A stretch of DNA of 64,000 nucleotides from a virus, in IMG/VR virus record IMGVR_UViG_3300045988_155830, positions 1-64,000 of that record, one strand, 5' to 3'. The notes beneath the pieces are model-generated. The model was not told the DNA's origin. It made no database searches and saw nothing but the letters and a program-made list of their open reading frames with translations. This document shows positions 9,560 to 16,971 of this stretch, piece after piece. The position numbers were made by a program, and so were the translations under genes. Position 1 is the stretch's first letter; every line of letters starts with the position of its first letter.

Positions 9560-10168
9560 ATGAAAGTTAATATTACAAACAACATTTCTAATGTAAATGT
9601 TACAGTCAATCAGAATGATGATGGCTCACTTGCTATTCTTCTTTTTGAAAAGACAGGCAAAAAGCTCGGTGATTTTAAGCCCGGTGAAACTGTAAAACTC
9701 GGCAAACGTGAGTATATTATTCTTGGTCACGGAGCAGAAACAACGGCAGTTGTGACAAAAGATATTTCAAAGGAAATGGAGTTCGGCAAGAGCTGGGATT
9801 ATTCAAAAAGTTATGTTCGTGATTACTGTAATGGAGATTTCTATAATGAACTTGCAGAAGCAGTCGGCAAGAACAATATTGTTCCTCACAGAGTAAATCT
9901 CACCTGTGACGATGGCTCAAACAAAGGTGTAACTTGTAAGGATGATGTTTCTATTCTCACAACTGAAAATTATCGCCGTTATCGTGAATATCTCCCTGCA
10001 CTCGGCAAACCTTGTTGGACTGCAACAGGTGTTACTACACTTGATAAGGATTATGCTCGTAGCGTTTGCTGTGTCAATTCCTACGGCATTCTTTGCTGGC
10101 GTGATTGTGACTTTGCCTTTGGTGTGCGTCCGTTTTGTATCTTGAATTCTTCAATCCTTGTATCTTGA
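9560..10168 (+). CDS. DGR target protein 1, with a variable C-terminus in a DUF1566/C-type-lectin-like domain
   Basis: The C-terminal 27 codons coincide with VR1; the ending YARSVCCVNSYGILCWRDCDFAFGVRPF resembles a DUF1566/CLec-fold C-terminus. Confidence 0.6.
   Translation: MKVNITNNISNVNVTVNQNDDGSLAILLFEKTGKKLGDFKPGETVKLGKREYIILGHGAETTAVVTKDISKEMEFGKSWDYSKSYVRDYCNGDFYNELAEAVGKNNIVPHRVNLTCDDGSNKGVTCKDDVSILTTENYRRYREYLPALGKPCWTATGVTTLDKDYARSVCCVNSYGILCWRDCDFAFGVRPFCILNSSILVS
10055..10134 (+). repeat. DGR variable repeat VR1
   Basis: 80 bp aligned to TR 10570-10649 has 9 mismatches, every one at a TR adenine (9 of 16 TR adenines substituted, 0 of 64 non-A positions). Confidence 0.8.
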
Positions 10169-10179
10169 ATTGACTTCAA

Positions 10180-10548
10180 ATGAGTGAAGAAACTAAATTT
10201 CTAATAGGTGAAAAAGCGGAAATACTATATACAGAGGTTTTTGACTTGACAACAAATAGACAACATTATCCTGTTAAGTTTCGCAGACTTGCCGACAAAT
10301 TACAAGAATATACACTTGATATACATAGTGATATTATGGATGCGAATTCATATCCAACTGATACGTTAAACCATAAGCAGAAAAGGTATGACTTACAAAC
10401 AAGTGCAATAACAAAGTGCAATAAACTTGCTTCTTTAGTAAAATATAGTTTACACGCTCATTTAATAAGTTTTAGTACAAGCGAGAAGTTGATAGCGTTG
10501 ATACACGATGTAAAATTTATGGCTCTCGCTTGGAGAAAGCAAACTTAA
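10180..10548 (+). CDS. avd: DGR accessory variability determinant (Avd)
   Basis: 122 aa, sitting between target and TR; internal YPVKFRRL...IMDANS and C-terminal LIALIHDVKFMALAWRK match the bAvd four-helix-bundle pattern as I recall it. Confidence 0.6.
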   Translation: MSEETKFLIGEKAEILYTEVFDLTTNRQHYPVKFRRLADKLQEYTLDIHSDIMDANSYPTDTLNHKQKRYDLQTSAITKCNKLASLVKYSLHAHLISFSTSEKLIALIHDVKFMALAWRKQT

Positions 10549-10569
10549 TATTGTGGGTTATATGCTGTT

Positions 10570-10649
10570 GCTCGTAACGTTTGCTATGTCAATTCCAACG
10601 GCATTCTTAACTGGAATGATTGTGACTATGCCTATGGTGTGCGTCCGTT
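10570..10649 (+). repeat. DGR template repeat (TR), non-coding
   Basis: Near-identical to VR1 and VR2; rich in AAC/AAT/TAT codons in the VR frame; lies between avd and the RT; the overlapping ORFs 10553..10771 and 10639..10848 are spurious. Confidence 0.8.
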
Positions 10650-10763
10650 CTGGTGGATTAGTGAGGTTTATAGACCACTTTTGTGGTCACAAAGAGTACA
10701 CCACTACATCAAAAGAGCATATAACCCTTCTCATAGAAAGTGGGATAAATACAAAAGATTATT

Positions 10764-12176
10764 ATGGATGATTTTCAGACCCTCGTTGATTTTGAAAATC
10801 TCTATAATTCTTACCGAACTTCTATGCGAGGTAAAGGTAAGAAATTGAGTGCGGCGAAGTTCGATGTTATGGCACTTGAAAACCTTTATGTGATGAAGAA
10901 ACAACTCATTAACCATACATATAGGATTTCACCGTATTCAGAGTTTATTGTAACAGAGCCAAAGAAAAGAATAATCAAATCAGGTTCATTTCGAGATAAG
11001 GTATTACAACATTGCTTATGTGATTATGTATTATTGCCAACTATGAAAGACCGTTTTATAAAGGACAATTATGCAGGTCAAATTGGTAAAGGAACATTAT
11101 TCGGACTAAATCGTTTGTCAGAAAATTTACATAATTTTTATGACAAATATGGTAGTGATGGATATATACTAAAATGTGATATAACCAAATTCTTTTATAG
11201 TATCAACCACGATATTATGAAAGAGAAGATAAGAGAAAATTTTTCGGATGAAGATATTCAATGGATTTGTGATAGTTTTATAGATAGTGTTGATGGAGAT
11301 GGGCTACCTCTTGGAAATCAAAGCAGTCAAGTATTTGCCCTGATATTCCTCAACGGACTTGACCATTATATTGTCGATGAGCTTGGATGTAAATATTATG
11401 GCAGATATATGGATGACTTTTATTTACTATCTAATGATAAAGAGTATCTAAAAGAATGTCTTATTAAAATCAAAGAGTATTTAGCTAACTTAAAATTAAC
11501 GCTTAATAACAAGACTGAAATTGTTTCTATGAGTAAAGGTATTAGATTTCTTGGTTTTCATACATATTTGACCGAGCAAGGTAATGTTATAAGAAAACTA
11601 AATGGAGATAACAAAAGACAAGTTAAAAAGCGTTTAAGAAAGTACACAAAGTTAGTAGTACAAGGAAGAATGAAACGAGAAAAGTTCAATGAGATTTACT
11701 GTTCTTGGCGGAATCACGCATCTCACGGTAACTGTTTCAAGTTGATTTATGGAATGGATTTGTTTGTGGAAAATTTATTTAATGAAGAAAAACCTGAAAT
11801 AAGGGTTATTATTGCCGGTAGTAGAGACTTTAATAACTACGAACTATTGGAAAAGCACCTTAATAAATTCGTCAAAGAACACCCTAATAATAAGATAACT
11901 ATTATAAGCGGTGCTGCTCGTGGTGCAGACCAACTCGGAGAAAGATATGCCAGAGAAAAGTGCATATTATTAAAGAGGTTTTCGGCAAATTGGGAACAAT
12001 TCGGTAAAAGGGCAGGTTATATTAGAAACATTCAAATGCTCGACTATATAGATGCATCTACCTGCGATTCATATGTGTTTGCATTTTGGGATGGAAAGAG
12101 TAAAGGAACAAAACAAATGATTGATAGTGCTAAAAAACGAAATATACCGTATCAAATTGTAGCATTTCAATCTTAA
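10764..12176 (+). CDS. DGR reverse transcriptase with an extra C-terminal SLOG/DprA-like domain
   Basis: YMDD motif; PLGNQSSQVFALIFLNGLD matches the DGR-specific [LI]GxxxSQ motif; C-terminal IISGAARGADQLGE resembles the Rossmann-like SLOG/DprA fold. Confidence 0.85.
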   Translation: MDDFQTLVDFENLYNSYRTSMRGKGKKLSAAKFDVMALENLYVMKKQLINHTYRISPYSEFIVTEPKKRIIKSGSFRDKVLQHCLCDYVLLPTMKDRFIKDNYAGQIGKGTLFGLNRLSENLHNFYDKYGSDGYILKCDITKFFYSINHDIMKEKIRENFSDEDIQWICDSFIDSVDGDGLPLGNQSSQVFALIFLNGLDHYIVDELGCKYYGRYMDDFYLLSNDKEYLKECLIKIKEYLANLKLTLNNKTEIVSMSKGIRFLGFHTYLTEQGNVIRKLNGDNKRQVKKRLRKYTKLVVQGRMKREKFNEIYCSWRNHASHGNCFKLIYGMDLFVENLFNEEKPEIRVIIAGSRDFNNYELLEKHLNKFVKEHPNNKITIISGAARGADQLGERYAREKCILLKRFSANWEQFGKRAGYIRNIQMLDYIDASTCDSYVFAFWDGKSKGTKQMIDSAKKRNIPYQIVAFQS

Positions 12177-12197
12177 AAAATAATTTTACAAAACCTC

Positions 12198-12226
12198 TTG
12201 ACAAACATCTAAATATATGATATAAT
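12198..12226 (+). promoter_or_regulatory. sigma-70-type promoter TTGACA-17-TATAAT
   Basis: TTGACA at 12198-12203 and TATAAT at 12221-12226. Confidence 0.55.
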
Positions 12227-12234
12227 ATAGAAGT

Positions 12235-12630
12235 AATCAAGAGTGCTGACCTAAAAGGTCAGCAATTCTAAATGCATTAAGAAATAATATTGAGCAACGC
12301 AAAAATAAATAAGCAACAATCGAGTAGTGAACAGCAAAGCCTTACGAGGATATGCCACAATGTACGAACCATTCAGAAAGACCGTACAATCACTGAATGG
12401 GTGGCAGGAATTAGAACTAATGGTGTAACGGTAGCATAGCGGCGGTGAGGTCGTGGCTCTGGTTCGACTCCAGAATGTTCGACCAAAAAGAAAGTTCCTT
12501 AAAAGTATCGGCGTTTGAAAAAGCAATGTAAAAATAGAAAGTAATTAAGAGAGATAATTGTTGGTACGTTGTGCGCAGACTAATCCAGCCATTGCTCCCA
12601 TAGGTGCGAGACCTATGGCTCGATTTTTAG
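12235..12630 (+). ncRNA. candidate structured ncRNA (promoter to terminator) containing a tRNA-like 3' element
   Basis: No + strand ORF of 60 aa or more; long-range stems (ccattcag/ctgaatgg, ggcgg/ccgcc); the tRNA-like stretch at 12431-12485 has a D-arm (tggtgtaacggtagca), a T-arm (tctggttcgactccaga), then atgttcg-ACCA. Confidence 0.35.
12598..12628 (+). terminator. rho-independent terminator candidate
   Basis: Hairpin ccatagg-tgcgaga-cctatgg followed by ctcgaTTTTT. Confidence 0.55.
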
Positions 12631-12669
12631 ATATAAAGAGAAATATAAAGAAATAAGAGGGAGTTAAAT

Positions 12670-14274
12670 ATGGCATCATTTCTCATTCCTATCGGAATTG
12701 CAATCGCAACAATTATTGTAGTTGTCATATTCTGTTGCTTAATTTATAAAGTTGCAGGTATTGACAAAGCACTCATCGTAACAGGTGGCAAAGAACCTAA
12801 AATTAAGGTATCTGGTGGTTCTTTTGTAATCCCGATTTTCCGAAAGGCTCAATATTTTGACCTTTGTATGTTGACTGTTACGGCAGACAGAGACGAAGTA
12901 AAGACCAAAACATCTGTGCCTATTGTAATTGATTGGACTGCACAGATTAGACCTGACACCGATAATATGGATAATTTGAAGAAAGCAATTATCTCATTCA
13001 AAGAACGAGGTCAAGACGGAATTATAAACGATGTAAAATTGACATTAACGGGTGCGGTTCGTGATATTGTTGCATCAATGACACCGGAAGAAGTTCTTCG
13101 TGACAAAGTTGCTTTTGCCGATAATGTTAAAAAAATTGTTTCTGATGAAATGGTAAATATGGGTATGGAACTTGTATCACTCAACATTCAGGACATTACT
13201 GACAATAACGGCTACTATGACAATATCGCTGCTCTTGATATGGAAGATAAGCGCCGCGAAGCAGAGAACAAAAAGGCGGTTGTTGACCAGGCAGTTCGTA
13301 CACAAAAAGCAGAATCCGAAAAGGTTGCTTCCCAGAATGAACTTGACTCCGAACTTGCTGTTGCTGCTAAACAAAGAGATAACAACTTGAAGATTGCGGA
13401 ATTTAAGGCAGAAACAGATAAGGCAGATGCCGATGCCGCAATCGCAGGTGAATTACAGAGAACGATTAGGCAGCAGGAAATTGCTCAACAGCAAGGTTGT
13501 ATCAAGGTTGTTGAACAAGAACAGGCTAATCTTGCGGCAATGAAAGAAAAAGAAGTAATTGCTACAAGAGCCGAGGCTGAAAAGCAAAAGAGACAAATTG
13601 AAGCAGAAGCCGATGCAAATGTCCGTAAGGTAAGTGCAGATGCTACCGTTGAGGTTGCAGAGAAAGAAGCAAGTGCTACCAAGATTACAGCAGAAGCTAC
13701 CGCAGAGAAAACTCGTAAAGAGGGTATTGCTGTTGCAGATGTTACTAAACAGAAAGGTATTGCAGAAGCAGAGGTTATTCGTCAGAGAGGTCTTGCCGAG
13801 GCGGAAGTTGAGAAACAGAAGTTAATGGCACAGGCAGAAGGCGAAAGAGCATTAGCAGAAGCTCGTGCCTCCAACGAAAAGGTCAACTTTGAGATTGAGA
13901 AGTTGAAGATTGAGAACGAAGCAAAGATTACTATCGCTACAAAGACAGCCGAGATTATGGCTAACATCGGTCAGAACGCAGAGTTCGTAAATATCGGTGG
14001 TGGCAATACTTCCAGCGGAACAGGAAATGTTCTTATCGACACTCTGGCAAGTGTCCCTGCCCTTATGAAGAAGTTGAATACAGAAAATCAGGCACTCAAC
14101 GGACAGTCATTTAATGATGAAATTCGTGGCTTGGTTTCAAGCATTGCCGAGCCTGTAAAGGGTTTACTTGCAACAACTACTAACACAACTGTTAATGGTG
14201 TTAAAGATGAAAATGTAAATTCTGACGGCGTAAAGGTTTTACCCGAAACATCTGTTGAAGATGGAACAGAGTAA
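12670..14274 (+). CDS. flotillin-like SPFH/band-7 membrane protein
   Basis: N-terminal transmembrane helix, an SPFH-like domain (GGSFVIPIFRKAQYFDL), then a long Ala/Glu-rich coiled coil (AEAE repeats) typical of the FloT/YqiK family. Confidence 0.7.
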   Translation: MASFLIPIGIAIATIIVVVIFCCLIYKVAGIDKALIVTGGKEPKIKVSGGSFVIPIFRKAQYFDLCMLTVTADRDEVKTKTSVPIVIDWTAQIRPDTDNMDNLKKAIISFKERGQDGIINDVKLTLTGAVRDIVASMTPEEVLRDKVAFADNVKKIVSDEMVNMGMELVSLNIQDITDNNGYYDNIAALDMEDKRREAENKKAVVDQAVRTQKAESEKVASQNELDSELAVAAKQRDNNLKIAEFKAETDKADADAAIAGELQRTIRQQEIAQQQGCIKVVEQEQANLAAMKEKEVIATRAEAEKQKRQIEAEADANVRKVSADATVEVAEKEASATKITAEATAEKTRKEGIAVADVTKQKGIAEAEVIRQRGLAEAEVEKQKLMAQAEGERALAEARASNEKVNFEIEKLKIENEAKITIATKTAEIMANIGQNAEFVNIGGGNTSSGTGNVLIDTLASVPALMKKLNTENQALNGQSFNDEIRGLVSSIAEPVKGLLATTTNTTVNGVKDENVNSDGVKVLPETSVEDGTE

Positions 14275-14422
14275 TACATAATTTAATCGGTTATTAAGGT
14301 GCTACGAAGTATATGCGATATATATAAGCCCAATTTGATGTTGGGGTTCGTTTCGGGTATCGTATATAAGGCAGAAGCAGTAGTAAATGGAATTTGATAA
14401 ACAGCCTTATAAATAACCACTT

Positions 14423-14497
14423 GCGAATATAGTGTAAAGGTTAGCACGCAAGTTTTCCAAACTTGAAGTGAGAGTTCGATTCTCTTTATTCGCTCCA
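14423..14497 (+). tRNA. tRNA-Gly (anticodon TCC), CCA encoded
   Basis: Acceptor gcgaata/tattcgc; anticodon stem caagt/acttg with loop tttccaa; T-arm gagagttcgattctc. Confidence 0.75.
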
Positions 14498-14502
14498 TAT
14501 AT

Positions 14503-14578
14503 TGGGGTGTTGCCAAGCGGTAAGGCACAGGACTTTGACTCCTGCATTTCGTTGGTTCGAGTCCAACCACCCCAGCCA
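14503..14578 (+). tRNA. tRNA-Gln (anticodon TTG), CCA encoded
   Basis: Acceptor tggggtg/cacccca; D-arm gccaagcggtaaggc; anticodon stem cagga/tcctg with loop ctttgac; T-arm gttggttcgagtccaac. Confidence 0.8.
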
Positions 14579-14887
14579 ATAATAGGCAGACAGGGTTTGC
14601 AAATAACAGCCTGGAATTAAATCTGTCGGAAGTCCGAAAAATTTGTATGCCTTTAAATCTATTAAAATGTTGTTTAAAGAGTATCGATGTTTACTTCGGT
14701 ATTCGTTAATATAGGCTTGGGCGGTAGGCATAGCGAAGTACAAGATAAATAGAGCCGCCATATAAACAGAAAGCAATTTAATTTTTTTACATAAAAATTG
14801 TGAGTAACGGCTGATTTGGCAGCCGAAGTGTGAGACATATATATTGTACTCATAAAAAACTATGTAGGTTAGTGGATAATATTTGAG

Positions 14888-15188
14888 GTTTTGGAACTGT
14901 ATTAAATTACATAGTTACCAAACGTATTGGCTATTAGTCAAATCAGTAACACGGTTTTGGAACTGTATTAAATTACATAGTTACCAAACGGTAAGCATAT
15001 GTACCCTGATTTACAACATTGTTTTGGAACTGTATTAAATTACATAGTTACCAAACACACATATAAACATAAATATATGTATGAAAGTTTTGGAACTGTA
15101 TTAAATTACATAGTTACCAAACAACCAGGGGACCTTATAGAATATGTAAAAGGTTTTGGAACTGTATTAAATTATATAGTTACCAAAA
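14888..15188 (+). CRISPR. CRISPR array: 5 x 36-bp repeat GTTTTGGAACTGTATTAAATTACATAGTTACCAAAC with 4 spacers (30-31 bp)
   Basis: Repeats at 14888, 14954, 15021, 15087 and 15153; repeats 1-4 are identical, and the gene-proximal repeat 5 carries 2 substitutions; the repeat is an imperfect palindrome; an AT-rich leader lies upstream. Confidence 0.9.
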
Positions 15189-15206
15189 ATACGAAGGAAA
15201 GTTAAA

Positions 15207-16553
15207 ATGACAAACACATATATAATTGCAAGAAAAATTCAACTGATACCAGTAGGAAAGAAGGAAGAAGTTAATCGAGTTTATACATATATTAAGGATG
15301 GTATAAAATCACAAAATATGGCAATGAACCAGTATATGAGTGCTTTATATACTTCAACTATTATGGAAATGACAAAAGATGATAGAAAAGAATTAAGCAG
15401 ACTATTTGGTAGAATTAGTACAAGCAAATTAGGAAGTGCTTATGATAAAACAATAGAGTTTGCAAAGGGGCTACCTATGGGTGGTGCAATTCAGCAAAAA
15501 GTCAAAAAAGATTTCGATAATGCAATGAAAAAAGGACTTAAATACGGCAAACTATCTTTACCATCATATCGTGATAGCAATCCTCTTTTGGTACACGTTG
15601 ATTATGTTAGACTTCGTTCTACGAATCCACATTTGGATAACGGCTTATATCACAACTATAGTAGCCACGAAGAATTTTTAAATCACTTATATAACGAAAA
15701 ACTTGAATTGTTTATTAAGTTCGCAAACAAAATTACATTCAAACTTGTTTTAGGCAATCCACGAAAATCAGCAGAAATCAGAAGTGTTTTCAAAAATATT
15801 TTTGAGGATTATTATCACATAAAAGGAAGCTCCATTGAACTTGACGGAACGAAAATTATCTTAAATATGTCGATTGAAATTCCGAAAAAGAAAGTTGTTC
15901 TTGACGAAAATGTTGTTGTTGGCGTGGATTTAGGAATCGCAATTCCTGCCGTATGTGCCTTGAATACCAATGACTATGTAAGAAAAAGCATAGGTTCACG
16001 AGATGATTTTTTGAGAGTAAGAACACAGATTAAATCTCAAAGGGACAGGCTTAAAAGGAAGTTGAAATATACAAGGGGCGGTCACGGCAGAGCGAAGAAA
16101 ATGCAGGCTATGGATAGGTTTACTGATTATGAGAAAAATTGGGTACAAACCTACAACCACAAAGTTAGCAAAGATGTCGTTGATTTTGCGTTGAAAAACA
16201 AGGCTAAATATATAAATCTCGAATGTTTAGACGGTTTCAGTAAGGATGATAAAAAGAAAAATTACTTATTAGCGAACTGGTCTTATTACCAGTTGCAACA
16301 ATACATAAAATACAAAGCCGAAAAATATGGAATTGTGGTTAGATTTGTAAATCCCGCTTATACCTCTCAAACCTGTAACTGTTGTGGTAATTTAGAAGAA
16401 GGACAAAGAGTTAAGCAATCAGAATTTATCTGTAAAAATCCAGAGTGTAAAAATTTTGGGAAGAAAATCAATGCTGATTTCAATGCGGCTCGCAACATCT
16501 CAATGTCAACAGACTTTGTTGAGAAAGAAGAAGAAAAAGAAAGAATTACATAA
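15207..16553 (+). CDS. compact type V effector (TnpB/Cas12f-like RuvC nuclease, 448 aa)
   Basis: RuvC-I VGVDLGIAIPAV; RuvC-II YINLECLDG; zinc finger CNCCGN...CKNPECKNFG; RuvC-III INADFNAARNI; ATG 19 nt after the last repeat with RBS GAAGGAAAG; no tnpA nearby. Confidence 0.75.
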   Translation: MTNTYIIARKIQLIPVGKKEEVNRVYTYIKDGIKSQNMAMNQYMSALYTSTIMEMTKDDRKELSRLFGRISTSKLGSAYDKTIEFAKGLPMGGAIQQKVKKDFDNAMKKGLKYGKLSLPSYRDSNPLLVHVDYVRLRSTNPHLDNGLYHNYSSHEEFLNHLYNEKLELFIKFANKITFKLVLGNPRKSAEIRSVFKNIFEDYYHIKGSSIELDGTKIILNMSIEIPKKKVVLDENVVVGVDLGIAIPAVCALNTNDYVRKSIGSRDDFLRVRTQIKSQRDRLKRKLKYTRGGHGRAKKMQAMDRFTDYEKNWVQTYNHKVSKDVVDFALKNKAKYINLECLDGFSKDDKKKNYLLANWSYYQLQQYIKYKAEKYGIVVRFVNPAYTSQTCNCCGNLEEGQRVKQSEFICKNPECKNFGKKINADFNAARNISMSTDFVEKEEEKERIT

Positions 16554-16567
16554 AGCAGCATAAATTT

Positions 16568-16643
16568 GTGGTTGTTGGTGTAACGGTTAGCACGCTTGTT
16601 TGTGGCACAAGTAGAGTGGGTTCAATTCCCACACTTCCACCCA
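16568..16643 (+). tRNA. tRNA-His (anticodon GTG) with encoded G-1, discriminator C and CCA
   Basis: Anticodon stem cttgt/acaag with loop ttgtggc; T-arm gtgggttcaattcccac; extra 5' G opposite discriminator C; the acceptor has two U-U mismatches, so confidence is moderate. Confidence 0.5.
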
Positions 16644-16651
16644 ATATATAT

Positions 16652-16727
16652 GTGCCAGTAGCTCAATCGGTAGAGCAATCGACTTTTAATCGGTAGGTCG
16701 GAGGTTCGATTCCTCTCTGGCACACCA
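16652..16727 (+). tRNA. tRNA-Lys (anticodon TTT), CCA encoded
   Basis: Acceptor gtgccag/ctggcac; D-arm gctcaatcggtagagc; anticodon loop cttttaa; T-arm ggaggttcgattcctct. Confidence 0.8.
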
Positions 16728-16732
16728 TTGAT

Positions 16733-16904
16733 GGCTGAAAATACTCATCCTTCTAAATCTTTTGCCTGTTAAGCAGGAGGTTGTCGGTTCAAGTCCGGCA
16801 CTGCCCCCGTGGGTAGTTAGCTCAATCGGATAGAGCGCCTACAAGAATAGAGTATAAAATTTCCATCAAATTTCCCTTAACGGCTATATTGAAACTTCCT
16901 TCTA
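16733..16904 (+). repeat. two copies (A and H) of the GGCTG-N8-TCATCCTTCTA motif with tRNA fragments (T-arm gtcggttcaagtccggc, then D-arm gctcaatcggatagagc)
   Basis: Motif A at 16733-16755 and motif H at 16882-16904; between them a T-arm followed by a D-arm without a canonical tRNA fold. Confidence 0.5.
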
Positions 16905-16971
16905 TTAAAGAAATTGGGTTCTAAATAGTTTCAATGATTACCGACAAATTAAAACAAAGGAGATTATTACA

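Noticed and set aside
10553-10848. ORFs 10553..10771 and 10639..10848 (+)
   Set aside because: They overlap the DGR template repeat and the start of the RT gene. The TR is the non-coding template copy of the target's C-terminus; the out-of-frame start and the GTG-initiated 'MRPFWW' are artefacts.
12251-12526. Minus-strand 91-aa ORF
   Set aside because: It lies antisense to the promoter-to-terminator ncRNA candidate and its tRNA-like element; no RBS; low-complexity translation.
13172-13967. Several 60-72-aa ORFs on both strands inside the flotillin gene
   Set aside because: They arise from the repetitive GC-richer Ala/Glu coiled-coil coding region; all are nested within a well-supported 534-aa ORF.
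14283-14776. Two overlapping minus-strand ORFs (98 and 96 aa)
   Set aside because: They run antisense across tRNA-Gly and tRNA-Gln and the structured leader region; there is no RBS, and the tRNAs explain the sequence.
14579-14887. Search for a tracrRNA anti-repeat in the leader region
   Set aside because: No convincing anti-repeat was found. Only short matches (8-nt aatttaat; 5-nt gtaac) and a direct-sense ggaa-ttaaat similarity at 14615-14640 were seen, so it cannot be called from sequence alone.
14999-15205. 68-aa + strand ORF (repeated GTVLNYIVTK) in the six-frame track
   Set aside because: It is simply the translation of the CRISPR repeats 3-5 and their spacers; its periodicity comes from the array.
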